A stretch of DNA of 64,000 nucleotides from NCBI RefSeq assembly GCF_001469955.1, contig NZ_LOPU01000018.1:1-64000 (forward strand), written 5' to 3'. Numbering within the stretch: position 1 is the first letter of the stretch; every line of letters begins with the position of its first letter. The DNA comes from Haloprofundus marisrubri (lineage in GTDB: Archaea > Halobacteriota > Halobacteria > Halobacteriales > Haloferacaceae). The notes beneath the pieces were generated by a model that was given only the letters and a program-made list of their open reading frames with translations, was not told the DNA's origin and ran no database searches. The position numbers were made by a program, and so were the translations under genes. Positions 28,685 through 37,384 of this stretch are shown here, piece after piece.

Positions 28685-29314
28685 TCAGACTCGTTCGGTT
28701 TCCTCTTCGAACTCGGGTTCGTTCCCCTGTTCGCGTTCACGCTCGATGACCTCGTCGGCGGCCGCTTCCCGTTCTCGCCGGCCTTTCGCCAACTCGCGGT
28801 CGATTTCGTCTTCGACGACGTCGAACGACTCGACCATCACGACGTTGCCGCCGCCGGGGTCGACGACCATCACTTCGGTTCCCTCGGGAATCTCGCCGTG
28901 GTACGACCGGGCGGCGTAGTACGGGTTGAAGCCGCCGCCGGCGATTTTTATCTGTCCCTCGGACTTCGAGACTCGTTCGGTGACGACGCCGGTCATCCCT
29001 TTCAGGGAGTCCGAGTCGGAGGTCTGCGCCGTTCCTTTCCCGCCGTAGAAGTCGAACTCACGGTAGACGTAGAAGGAGAGCGCGCCGAAGACGAGAACGA
29101 GCAGTCCCAAGAGGAGTGGACTCGCCAGTGCCGGAACGAAGAGGCCGACGAGACCGGCCGCCAGCAGCGCGATGCCGACGATGATGAAGTTCGCACCGGG
29201 AGCCAGCGCTTCCAGAATCGAGAGGGCGAGACCGGACACCACGAGCAACAGCGGGAGGGCGTCGGGGCCGATGTCCAGTTGTAAGAGTACGTGCGCGAGA
29301 CGCGGGCGTGCCAT
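28685..29314 (-). CDS. NfeD-family membrane protein (stomatin operon partner, short form)
   Basis: N-terminal TM helices plus a C-terminal OB-fold-like beta domain ('GMTGVVTERVSKSEGQIKIAGG'). Sits directly upstream of the SPFH gene. Confidence 0.75.
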   Translation of the reverse strand: MARPRLAHVLLQLDIGPDALPLLLVVSGLALSILEALAPGANFIIVGIALLAAGLVGLFVPALASPLLLGLLVLVFGALSFYVYREFDFYGGKGTAQTSDSDSLKGMTGVVTERVSKSEGQIKIAGGGFNPYYAARSYHGEIPEGTEVMVVDPGGGNVVMVESFDVVEDEIDRELAKGRREREAAADEVIEREREQGNEPEFEEETERV

Positions 29315-29357
29315 AGCTGACCTAAGTACGTTGGATGATTAACGCTTCGGCTCTGGA

Positions 29358-29621
29358 TTACAGTACCGTGAAGATGAACACGAGCGTCCCGAGGACGCCG
29401 ACGAGCACGAAGAAACTGTTCTCCAGTGACGGCGACTCCGGTTCCAGCGGTGGGAGTTCACGTCGTTCCGGGCGTGGTTCCGCCGTCGCGTCGGTTTCTT
29501 CGGAATCTTCGGCGTCCTCGCCGACTTCGTCGACACCGAAGCGCCACTCGGACTCCTCGGTGGTGTCGTCGGCGTCGGCTGTCTCACCGTCGTCTCGCCC
29601 CCCGGTGTGAGAATCGCGCAT
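29358..29621 (-). CDS. small acidic protein with a C-terminal TM helix
   Basis: 87 aa: an acidic N-terminal region followed by 'FFVLVGVLGTLVFIFTVL'. Confidence 0.45.
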   Translation of the reverse strand: MRDSHTGGRDDGETADADDTTEESEWRFGVDEVGEDAEDSEETDATAEPRPERRELPPLEPESPSLENSFFVLVGVLGTLVFIFTVL

Positions 29622-29702
29622 ACAAGACGTAGGAAGCGGTCGCTGAAATGTCTGCCGCCGGCCGAACGCGACGGCTCGACTACCGATACTGAACAGTGTC
29701 GG

Positions 29703-31457
29703 CTATCGTTTCGCTTCGTGGCGGATGACGTTGCCGTCGTAAACGATGCCTCGCTCGGCGTCGAGCGTGACGAGCGTGCCGTCGTCGACTTCCTCGGGCA
29801 GCGATGCACCACTTATCATCGGGATGTCGATTTCGCGGGCGACGAGCGCCGGGTAGCCGGTCATCCCTTCGCGTGCGTCGACGATACCGCCGAGTCGGTT
29901 CACGTCGCCGGTGAACTCGCCGTCGAACTCGGTGTCGAGCGCCAGCAGCGCCCCGTCGGGAATCTCCGAGAGGTCGCCGTCCGTCGAGCGGACGACGGGG
30001 CCGGCGACGCGCCCGCCGACGACGCTCCGACCGGTCGTGATGGCCTCGGCGGCGACGTGGACTTTGAGCATGTTCGTCGTGTTCGTCTCCTCGAGTTCGG
30101 TCATCATCCCCGAGAGGACGACGAGCGTGTCACCGCTCTCTGCGACACCTGCCTCCAACGCCGCGTTGACGCCGCCTTGCATCACTTCTTCGGCGCTTTC
30201 GCGGTAGTCGGTGTACTGGGCGTCGACGCCCCACGACAGCGACAGTTGTCGGCGGACGCGGTCGTTCGGCGTCGTGGCGATGACCGGCACGCCGGGGCGG
30301 AACTTCGCGGTTTTGCGGGCCGTGTACCCGGATTCGGAGGCGGCGACGATGGCCGCCGCGCCGATGTCGCGGGCGAGATACCGCGCCGAGCGAGCGAGCG
30401 CTTCGGTGCGCGACTCCTCCGTGGCCATCGGAACGCGCTGTTCTTGGCTCTCCTCGTACTCCTCGCTGCCTTCGACTTCGCGGACGATGCGGTCCATCGT
30501 CTCGACGACGCGAACCGGGTGGTCGCCGATGGCCGTCTCGCCCGAGAGCATCACGGCGTCGGTGCCGTCGAGGACGGCGTTGGCCACGTCGGAGGCTTCC
30601 GCGCGGGTCGGCCGCCGAGCGTGGACCATCGAATCGAGCATCTCCGTTGCCGTGATGACGGGGACGCCCGCGGTCTGACACTTGCGGATGATGCGCTTCT
30701 GTATCATCGGCACGTCTTCGAGCGGACACTCGACGCCGAGGTCACCACGGGCGACCATCACGCCGTAGGCGGCGTCGATGATGCCGTCGAGGTTGTCGAC
30801 TGCGCCCGCGCGTTCGATTTTGGCGATGACGGGAATGTCGCCGCCGGCCTCCTCGATAGCGTCGCTGATGGCGTACACGTCGGAGGCGTCGCGGACGAAA
30901 CTCGCGGCGACGAAGTCGGCGTCCTTGTCGGCGGCGAGTTGGATGTCTTGGTAGTCGCGGTCGGTGATGAGGTCGATGTCGAGGTCGACGCCCGGGACGT
31001 TCACACCCTTCCGACCGCCGAGTTCGCCGCCGGAGTCGATGTGAGCGACGACGCCGTCGTCGACGACGCGTTCGACCGTCGCTTCGATGCGGCCGTCGTC
31101 CAAGAGGATGGTGTCGCCCGGTTCGGCGGCGTCGATAGGAAGCGAGAGACCAACTTTCTCGGGTGTCGCGGTGTCGCCTTCGAAGAAGTGTACCTCGGAG
31201 TCGGTTTCCAACGTAATCGGGTCGTCCAGTGGGGCGGTGCGAACTTCGGGTCCTTGCAGGTCGACCATCGCCGCGAGCGGGTCTGCGGTCGCTTCGTCGA
31301 CGGCTTGAATGCGGTCGACGACCGTCGCCCGGTGGTCCGTCGTTCCGTGACTCGCGTTTAGACGCGCGACGGACATGCCCGCGTCGGCGAGTCCCCGAAT
31401 CGTTCCTCGGTCGTCCGACGCCGGACCCAGCGTGCAGACGATTTTGGCGTTTCTCAT
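29703..31457 (-). CDS. pyk: pyruvate kinase with a C-terminal PEP-utilising-enzyme mobile domain
   Basis: 584 aa from MRNAKIVCTLGPAS. The ATG at 31457 was confirmed. 'MVARGDLG' motif. C-terminal 'TGRSVVGGRVAGPVV' swivelling domain. Confidence 0.9.
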   Translation of the reverse strand: MRNAKIVCTLGPASDDRGTIRGLADAGMSVARLNASHGTTDHRATVVDRIQAVDEATADPLAAMVDLQGPEVRTAPLDDPITLETDSEVHFFEGDTATPEKVGLSLPIDAAEPGDTILLDDGRIEATVERVVDDGVVAHIDSGGELGGRKGVNVPGVDLDIDLITDRDYQDIQLAADKDADFVAASFVRDASDVYAISDAIEEAGGDIPVIAKIERAGAVDNLDGIIDAAYGVMVARGDLGVECPLEDVPMIQKRIIRKCQTAGVPVITATEMLDSMVHARRPTRAEASDVANAVLDGTDAVMLSGETAIGDHPVRVVETMDRIVREVEGSEEYEESQEQRVPMATEESRTEALARSARYLARDIGAAAIVAASESGYTARKTAKFRPGVPVIATTPNDRVRRQLSLSWGVDAQYTDYRESAEEVMQGGVNAALEAGVAESGDTLVVLSGMMTELEETNTTNMLKVHVAAEAITTGRSVVGGRVAGPVVRSTDGDLSEIPDGALLALDTEFDGEFTGDVNRLGGIVDAREGMTGYPALVAREIDIPMISGASLPEEVDDGTLVTLDAERGIVYDGNVIRHEAKR

Positions 31458-31480
31458 ACGGTGCGATACACCCGTGTGGC

Positions 31481-31488
31481 TAAAAATA
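31481..31488 (-). promoter_or_regulatory. TATA-like element for pyk
   Basis: 'taaaaata' (minus-strand sense 'tattttta') lies 24-31 nt upstream of the pyk ATG. Confidence 0.4.
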
Positions 31489-31582
31489 CCGACGATGAAC
31501 TCGTCGCCGAGTGAACGATTGTGAAGAATCGTCGACCGCGTTCTCGCCGGGTCGACCCCAAGCTTTTCGTCCCAAACTGAGC

Positions 31583-31588
31583 TATAAA
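31583..31588 (+). promoter_or_regulatory. TATA-like element for the PRC-barrel gene
   Basis: 'tataaa' lies 27-32 nt upstream of the ATG at 31615. Confidence 0.4.
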
Positions 31589-31614
31589 CCCCGCGCCGTC
31601 GTACGGTTAGGTGC

Positions 31615-31857
31615 ATGGAGCACATCACCGAGGAGTTGGTGGGACGTGCGGTCGTCACACCCGACGGTGCCGAAGTCGGCAAAGTGACTGCGGTCGAAGA
31701 CGACAAAGCCATCGTCGACGCCGAAACCGGTGTCGCCGCGGAGATGGCCGACTCCGTCGCGCCCGGCGACGACCGCCTCGCCATCGAAGCAAACCAGATT
31801 GCGGCCGTTACGGACGACAACGTCCAACTGGTCGAGGAGTTCCGGAAAGAGAGCTAA
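31615..31857 (+). CDS. PRC-barrel domain protein
   Basis: 80 aa, 'LVGRAVVTPDGAEVGKVTAVEDDKAIV', typical of small haloarchaeal PRC-barrel proteins. Confidence 0.7.
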   Translation: MEHITEELVGRAVVTPDGAEVGKVTAVEDDKAIVDAETGVAAEMADSVAPGDDRLAIEANQIAAVTDDNVQLVEEFRKES

Positions 31858-31910
31858 CCGAGTCGGCCGGTCACACATATTTATTGTCAGTGTCCGAAAA
31901 CTATCGGACG

Positions 31911-32315
31911 ATGTCCGAACACGCCTCGCTTCCGATTCCCTCCGGTAACCGTATCGAACGAGCGCTCGCGCTTGCACTGCTCTCGCTTGTGAGTTTGTAC
32001 GCCATCGGCAGCATCGTCCCCGTTTCGACGCTCGACACGATTGGCGTCGTCGCCGTCCACCTCGCCGTCGTGGTCGGATGCCTCCTGACAGCTACCGTTT
32101 TGTTCCGAACTGCTACCGGACGACTCGCTGGCCGCTCGTCCGCTAAGCGTCTGCGCCAGTTCGCCACCGGCGCGGCTACTGTCGTATTCGGTTCGTTCAC
32201 CGTAGCGTTCGTCCTCTCGGAGTTTTCCGCCCCGAGTGTGGTCGTCAGGTCACTGCTCGCTATCACACTCGGCGCACTGCTCGTACTCGCCGGTGTAGTC
32301 GCTCGGCGCGGATAA
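31911..32315 (+). CDS. small integral membrane protein (4 predicted TM)
   Basis: 135 aa from MSEHASLPIP, hydrophobic throughout. ATG at 31911. Confidence 0.5.
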   Translation: MSEHASLPIPSGNRIERALALALLSLVSLYAIGSIVPVSTLDTIGVVAVHLAVVVGCLLTATVLFRTATGRLAGRSSAKRLRQFATGAATVVFGSFTVAFVLSEFSAPSVVVRSLLAITLGALLVLAGVVARRG

Positions 32316-32350
32316 TCGACGCATCGAGAGAAGACGGGTCGCTGTTGCGA

Positions 32351-34444
32351 TTACCGCACTTTCGTGCCCGGTTCCGAATCGCCGTGGGTCGTCAGGATGT
32401 CGGCCTGTTCGCCCGCGGCCAGCAACATCCCGTTGGATTCGACGCCGAACAGTTCGGCTTTTTCGAGGTTGGCGACGACGACGACGCGCTTTCCAGCTAA
32501 CTCGTCGAGGTCGTGTAGCTGTTTGATACCCGCGACGATTTGGCGGACTTCGTGGCCGATATCCACTTCGACTTTCGCCAGTTTGTCCGCGCCCTCGACG
32601 CCTTCTGCGGAGACGATTTCGCCGACGCGAAGGTCGAGCGCTTGGAACTCGTCGAAGCTGATTCTATCCTCCGAGATGGGTTCGAGGTCGCTCACGTCCG
32701 ACTGAGCGGTCGCTTCCTTCTCGTCGCTTTCGGTTTCTTCGTCTCCGTCGTCCGCCGTCGCTTCCGCGACGCGTTCGTCGAGTTTCTCGTTCAGTTCCTC
32801 GACGCGGTCGTCTTCGATTTTCTCGAACAGTTCGGTCGGTTCGTCGAACGACGCCGGCGGCGCGTCGAGCGCCGCGTGAATTTCTACATCGTGGACCGAG
32901 CCTTCCTCACCGAGAGCGTCCCAGAGCCGTTCGGCTTTGCCGGGTGCGACCGGTTCGAAGAGCACGGCGACGGCTTTGGCGATTTGGACGCAGTCGCGGA
33001 TGACCTGCGCTGCCTTCTCGGGTTCTTCGTCGGTGAGTTTCCACGGTTCGTTGCGCTGGATGTACTCGTTGCCGAAGCGCGCGAGTTCGACGGTTGCGAG
33101 GCCCGCTTTCCGGATGGAGTAGTCGTTGACGGCCTCGCCGAAGTCCCGAATCGCACCTTCGATTCGGCTCTGGACCTCCTCGGAGACGTCCGCTTCGGGC
33201 GTTCCCTCGTAGTTTCGATACGCAAAGAGGAGCGACCGGTAGAGGAAGTTGCCGACGGTGCCGACGAGTTCGCCGTTGACGCGCTCTTGGAACTTCGACC
33301 ACGAGAAGTCGACGTCCTGTTGGAACCCGCCGTTGGTGGCGAGATAGTATCGGAGCAGGTCGGGGTCGAAGCCCTCGGCGAGATACTCGTCGGCCCAAAC
33401 TGCTCTGTTGCGGGAGGTAGAGAAGCCTTTGCCGCCGAGCGTGACGAATCCGCTCGCCATGACGGCGCGCGGTTCCTCGTAGTCGACGCCGCGGAGCATC
33501 GCGGGCCAGAAGACGGTGTGGTGCTGGATGATGTCGCGGCCGATGACGTGGACGATGTCGCCGTTGTCCTGCCACACTTCCTCCCAGTCGTACTCGTCTG
33601 CACCGACGCGCTCTGTGTACTGCTTCGTCGAGGAGACGTACTCGATAGGGGCGTCGACCCAGACGTAGAGCACCAACTCTTCGGTTCCGTCGCCTTCCTC
33701 GCTGGGGTAGTCGATACCCCAGTCCATGTCGCGGGTGATACACCAGTCCTGCAGTTCGCCCTCTATCCACTCTCTGGGCTGGTTCTGCGCGTTCGAGGTG
33801 CCTTCGAGACGGTCGATGAACTCTTGGAGATACTCTTGGAACTCCGAGACGCGGAAGAACTTGTGCGTCCGCTCGCGGTACTCGGCGGGGTTACCCGTGA
33901 TGGTGCTGACGGGGTCGACGATTTCGCCGGGTTCGAGGTGGCGCTGACAGCCCTCGTCGCACTCGTCGCCGCGGGCTTTCGCTCCGCAGTAGGGGCACTC
34001 GCCTTCGACGTAGCGGTCCGGGAGGTACTGGTCCTCGTCGGGGGCGTACGCGACCATGATGGTCTTCTCGTAGACGTGGCCGTTCTCGTCGAGGGTGCGG
34101 ACGAACTCCGTCGTCAACTCGGTGTTCGTCTCGTCGTGGGTGTGACCGTAGTTGTCGAACTCGACGTTGAACTTCGGGAACGTCTCCTCGTAGGTCTCGT
34201 GCCAGTCGAGAGCGAACTCTTCGGGGGTGACGCCCTCCTTCTCGGCGTTGACGGCGACGGGGGTGCCGTGCATGTCCGACCCGCTGACGAACGCGGTCTC
34301 TTGGCCCAGTTTTTCGAGGGCGCGCGAGTAAACGTCGCCGCCGACGTACGTTCTGAGGTGGCCGACGTGCAGGTCGCCGTTTGCGTACGGCAACCCACAG
34401 GTCACCACCGCTGGTCGGTCCGTGGGGAACTGCTCGTGACTCAT
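32351..34444 (-). CDS. metG: methionyl-tRNA synthetase with a C-terminal tRNA-binding (Trbp111/EMAP-like) domain
   Basis: 'HVGH' ('GDLHVGHLRTYVGGDV') and 'KFSTS'-like ('GGKGFSTSRNRAV') class I motifs. Zn knuckle 'CPYCG...C'. C-terminal OB-fold. Confidence 0.9.
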   Translation of the reverse strand: MSHEQFPTDRPAVVTCGLPYANGDLHVGHLRTYVGGDVYSRALEKLGQETAFVSGSDMHGTPVAVNAEKEGVTPEEFALDWHETYEETFPKFNVEFDNYGHTHDETNTELTTEFVRTLDENGHVYEKTIMVAYAPDEDQYLPDRYVEGECPYCGAKARGDECDEGCQRHLEPGEIVDPVSTITGNPAEYRERTHKFFRVSEFQEYLQEFIDRLEGTSNAQNQPREWIEGELQDWCITRDMDWGIDYPSEEGDGTEELVLYVWVDAPIEYVSSTKQYTERVGADEYDWEEVWQDNGDIVHVIGRDIIQHHTVFWPAMLRGVDYEEPRAVMASGFVTLGGKGFSTSRNRAVWADEYLAEGFDPDLLRYYLATNGGFQQDVDFSWSKFQERVNGELVGTVGNFLYRSLLFAYRNYEGTPEADVSEEVQSRIEGAIRDFGEAVNDYSIRKAGLATVELARFGNEYIQRNEPWKLTDEEPEKAAQVIRDCVQIAKAVAVLFEPVAPGKAERLWDALGEEGSVHDVEIHAALDAPPASFDEPTELFEKIEDDRVEELNEKLDERVAEATADDGDEETESDEKEATAQSDVSDLEPISEDRISFDEFQALDLRVGEIVSAEGVEGADKLAKVEVDIGHEVRQIVAGIKQLHDLDELAGKRVVVVANLEKAELFGVESNGMLLAAGEQADILTTHGDSEPGTKVR

Positions 34445-34744
34445 CTTGTCTGTGGTATCGTGAATGCGGGCCTAAAGCCCGCTGGTTCGTGGTAATCGAC
34501 TCCGGTACACTCCTTTTCGGGCGACGCAAGGTGTGGCGTCGCTCGTCGGAGCGAATCGAGAATCCGAGTTTCGCAGTGAACGCCCGTCGAGTCGCGTTAC
34601 CGACCGACGGTCGAACTGACAGGTCCACCCGGCGCTACAAGGGGCGCATGCGCATCGTGGAACTGTCACTGGTGTAAGCGCCAGCGACGTGAGCCTGTCG
34701 GGTCACAGTGGGTAGAAAGCGTCGAATCCGTTTAGTTCTCTCGC

Positions 34745-35305
34745 TCACAGCAGCGTGGCGGCCCCGTGGAAGAACGCCAGCGTCACGAGCAGTCGACCCG
34801 CGCTGCCGACGAACGTCGCGCCCGCGAACTTCAGGTAATCTTCCTCCAGTATCGAGAAGGCGTATATCGACAGCGTGTCCGGGAAAAAGGGGACACAGAG
34901 CGCGATGGCGAGGCCACCGTACCCCCACTTGCGAGCGATGTTCATCGTCTGCTTCTCGGACCACGCGACGATGTCGACCGGCGAGCGCCGAAGCCATCGC
35001 ATGACGATACCCGAATCTTTCGCCTCTTGGCCGATGTGGAACGCGAAGACGCTCCCGAGAGCCTTCCCGGTAGCGCTGACGAGAATGATGACCGTCATCC
35101 GTCCGGCGTAATCGAGGCCGAGGTTCAGCGGTGCGGCGAGAACCACTTCGCTGACACCCGGGAGCGCGAACGCGATGAGAAACGAGTAGACGAAGATGAT
35201 GACGAGGCCGAGCCATCCGGTGGCGTGTTCGACGGCGCGCTCCATCCACGAGAAATCCAGCCAAGCGGCGAGAGCGAGGTCGAACGCGGGGAGCAGCGCA
35301 GTCAC
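34745..35305 (-). CDS. DedA/VTT-domain (SNARE-associated) membrane protein
   Basis: 186 aa, polytopic. 'FLIAFALPGVSEVVLAAP' and 'GYGGLAIALCVPFFPDTLS' match the DedA pattern. Confidence 0.7.
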   Translation of the reverse strand: MTALLPAFDLALAAWLDFSWMERAVEHATGWLGLVIIFVYSFLIAFALPGVSEVVLAAPLNLGLDYAGRMTVIILVSATGKALGSVFAFHIGQEAKDSGIVMRWLRRSPVDIVAWSEKQTMNIARKWGYGGLAIALCVPFFPDTLSIYAFSILEEDYLKFAGATFVGSAGRLLVTLAFFHGAATLL

Positions 35306-35378
35306 ATCTGCATCTGGAAAGTGCGGCGTTGTAAACCTTCAGGTTCGGCTGTACAACAGTTCTTCGTGTAGAAATTCA

Positions 35379-36488
35379 CTAATTAGAGAACGAATCCACG
35401 TCGGCGACGAACTGACGGAGCATCTCGCGGGTCACGTGCGGCATGCAGACGACTCGGAGTTCGCCCGTCGCGGTCCGCGAGATTCGCCAGCCAGCGTCGC
35501 GGAGTGCGTCGAACAGCGAGTCGGGTATCGACGCGGCGACGAGCGGGAGTTCGGGGTCGACCACGTCGAACTCACGCGCTCGAAGTTCGTCGGCCAACCA
35601 CTCGGCGTCGGCCATGGATTCCTCGAACTGCTCGCGGTAGCCGTCGGGCCACAGCGTCTCCAGTGCGGCGGCAGCACCGGCGACGCCCGCGCCGCTTCGG
35701 GTGCCGGTGAGCGTCGCTTGCGACGTGGATTCGAGATATGGCGTATCGACGGCGAGCGCATCGAGCGTCGCGCGTTCTCTGGCGAGAAACCCGCCCGCGG
35801 GAACCACGGCTTGGCCCATCTTGTGCGGGTCGATGGTCATCGTGTCCACGTCGGCGTGGGCGAAGTTCCACGCGTGGTCGGTGAACGGAAGCGCAAACCC
35901 GCCCCACGCGGCGTCGACGTGGACGAACGTCCGGCCGTCGCCGGGAGTGTCGTCGGCGAGGGCGGCGAGTTCCGGAATCGGGTCGACGCGGCCGTACTCC
36001 GTCGACCCGGCGACGCCGACGACCAGAATCGTCTCCGCGTCGAGACTGGCGCGGACGGCGTCGAGGTCCGCACGATACTCCTCGTCGACGGGGACGGTTC
36101 GCAGTTCGACGCCGAGTACGTCGGCGGCTTTCTGGAAACTGAAATGGACGCTTTCGGGGGCGACGACGTTCGGCGTCTCGGGAGCGTCGGGCCACTCGTC
36201 GCGGGCGCGGTTTCTGGTCGCGCGGACCGCTTGGATGTTGGCTTCCGTGCCGCCGCTTGCGACGTAGCCGTGCGCCTCCGGAAGCCCGGTCAACTCGCCG
36301 AGGGCGTCGACTGCTCGGTTCTCTAACTCGGCGACCGACTGGTACGTCGCGGGGTCACCGGGATTCGTGGCGAGAAAACGCACCGCCGCCTCGCGTGCGG
36401 CAGGATGGGGTTCCGTACACATCGAGGAGAGGACTCGGTCGAACTCCTGCGGGACGGCGCGCTGCATACGCCGAACGTAATCTTTCAC
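35379..36488 (-). CDS. mfnA: L-tyrosine/L-aspartate decarboxylase (PLP-dependent group II decarboxylase, MfnA)
   Basis: 'HVDAAWGG' and 'DPHKMG' PLP-lysine motifs. About 370 aa. The archaeal CoA (beta-alanine) route uses this enzyme. Confidence 0.8.
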   Translation of the reverse strand: MKDYVRRMQRAVPQEFDRVLSSMCTEPHPAAREAAVRFLATNPGDPATYQSVAELENRAVDALGELTGLPEAHGYVASGGTEANIQAVRATRNRARDEWPDAPETPNVVAPESVHFSFQKAADVLGVELRTVPVDEEYRADLDAVRASLDAETILVVGVAGSTEYGRVDPIPELAALADDTPGDGRTFVHVDAAWGGFALPFTDHAWNFAHADVDTMTIDPHKMGQAVVPAGGFLARERATLDALAVDTPYLESTSQATLTGTRSGAGVAGAAAALETLWPDGYREQFEESMADAEWLADELRAREFDVVDPELPLVAASIPDSLFDALRDAGWRISRTATGELRVVCMPHVTREMLRQFVADVDSFSN

Positions 36489-36535
36489 TCCGTTTATCCA
36501 TTCCGTTCTGTCGGCGCTGCGGAAGCGACTCCCAG

Positions 36536-37303
36536 TCAGAAGCCGACGAGTTGGATGTACGCGATGCCGAACAGCGTCGTGTTGTAGGCGGCGTGAATCA
36601 GTATCGGCACGGCCAGATTCCCCGTGCGCTCGTAGGCGATGCCGAGTATCGACCCCGTGACGAAGATGACGCCCGTCGTGGCGACGATAGCGAGCGGGTT
36701 TCCGAGGTAGTTGAAGACGTGCGGCGAGGCGAAGATGAGGCTGGCGAGGACGATAGTCGCCACCGGGCCGAAAGCGGTTCGGAGTCGGCCCTGAATCGCG
36801 CCGCGGAACAGCAGTTCCTCGGCGGGGGCGACGAGGAAGATGGAGAGAACGGCGAGGGCGAGAAGCACCGTCGGGTCGTTCTGTGCGACTTGGCCGATGA
36901 CGCTCTCGACCGGTTCGATGTTCGTCAGCGTCAGTGCGTACGAGAGCACCGACGCGAGAACGACGGCGACGACTGTCGCTCCGGCGGCGAACGTCAGTTC
37001 GCCTCGGTCGGGCCGTCGAATCGGCAGCGAGTTGAGGCGCAGGCGTGCGTAGAGCGCGCCGACTCCAGCGAACAGCAACTGCTGGGGAATCGTTGCGAGG
37101 ACGAGAACGAACGTCGAGGTGACGCCGAACCCGAGGAAGAACAGCGGGATAATTGCCACGGCACTGGCGATGAGTCCGCCGACGAAGCCGGCCACGAGGA
37201 GGCCGAGGGCGACGAGGAGCGCGATAACGCGGTGGAACGTCGACGAACCGCCGGGTCCGTCCGAAGCGGCGGATTCCGGGGTCGGTGTGGGTGTGGAGGA
37301 CAT
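36536..37303 (-). CDS. CPBP family intramembrane metalloprotease (CAAX protease/Abi)
   Basis: 'EELLFRG' motif 1, 'FASPH' motif 2 and 'HAAYN' motif 3 in a polytopic protein. Confidence 0.8.
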   Translation of the reverse strand: MSSTPTPTPESAASDGPGGSSTFHRVIALLVALGLLVAGFVGGLIASAVAIIPLFFLGFGVTSTFVLVLATIPQQLLFAGVGALYARLRLNSLPIRRPDRGELTFAAGATVVAVVLASVLSYALTLTNIEPVESVIGQVAQNDPTVLLALAVLSIFLVAPAEELLFRGAIQGRLRTAFGPVATIVLASLIFASPHVFNYLGNPLAIVATTGVIFVTGSILGIAYERTGNLAVPILIHAAYNTTLFGIAYIQLVGF

Positions 37304-37384
37304 ATGTTACTCACCGTGAGATTAGCGCTGGTGAATATAAAACAGTAGTGAGGGGTGCGAACGGTTCGCGCCCCGTAAACCGCC

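Noticed and set aside
34445-34744. Possible tRNA or other stable RNA gene in the long gap upstream of metG
   Set aside because: No cloverleaf-compatible arrangement and no T-loop (GTTCGAATC-like) or its complement was seen on either strand by eye. Only a single hairpin was found. tRNAscan would be decisive.
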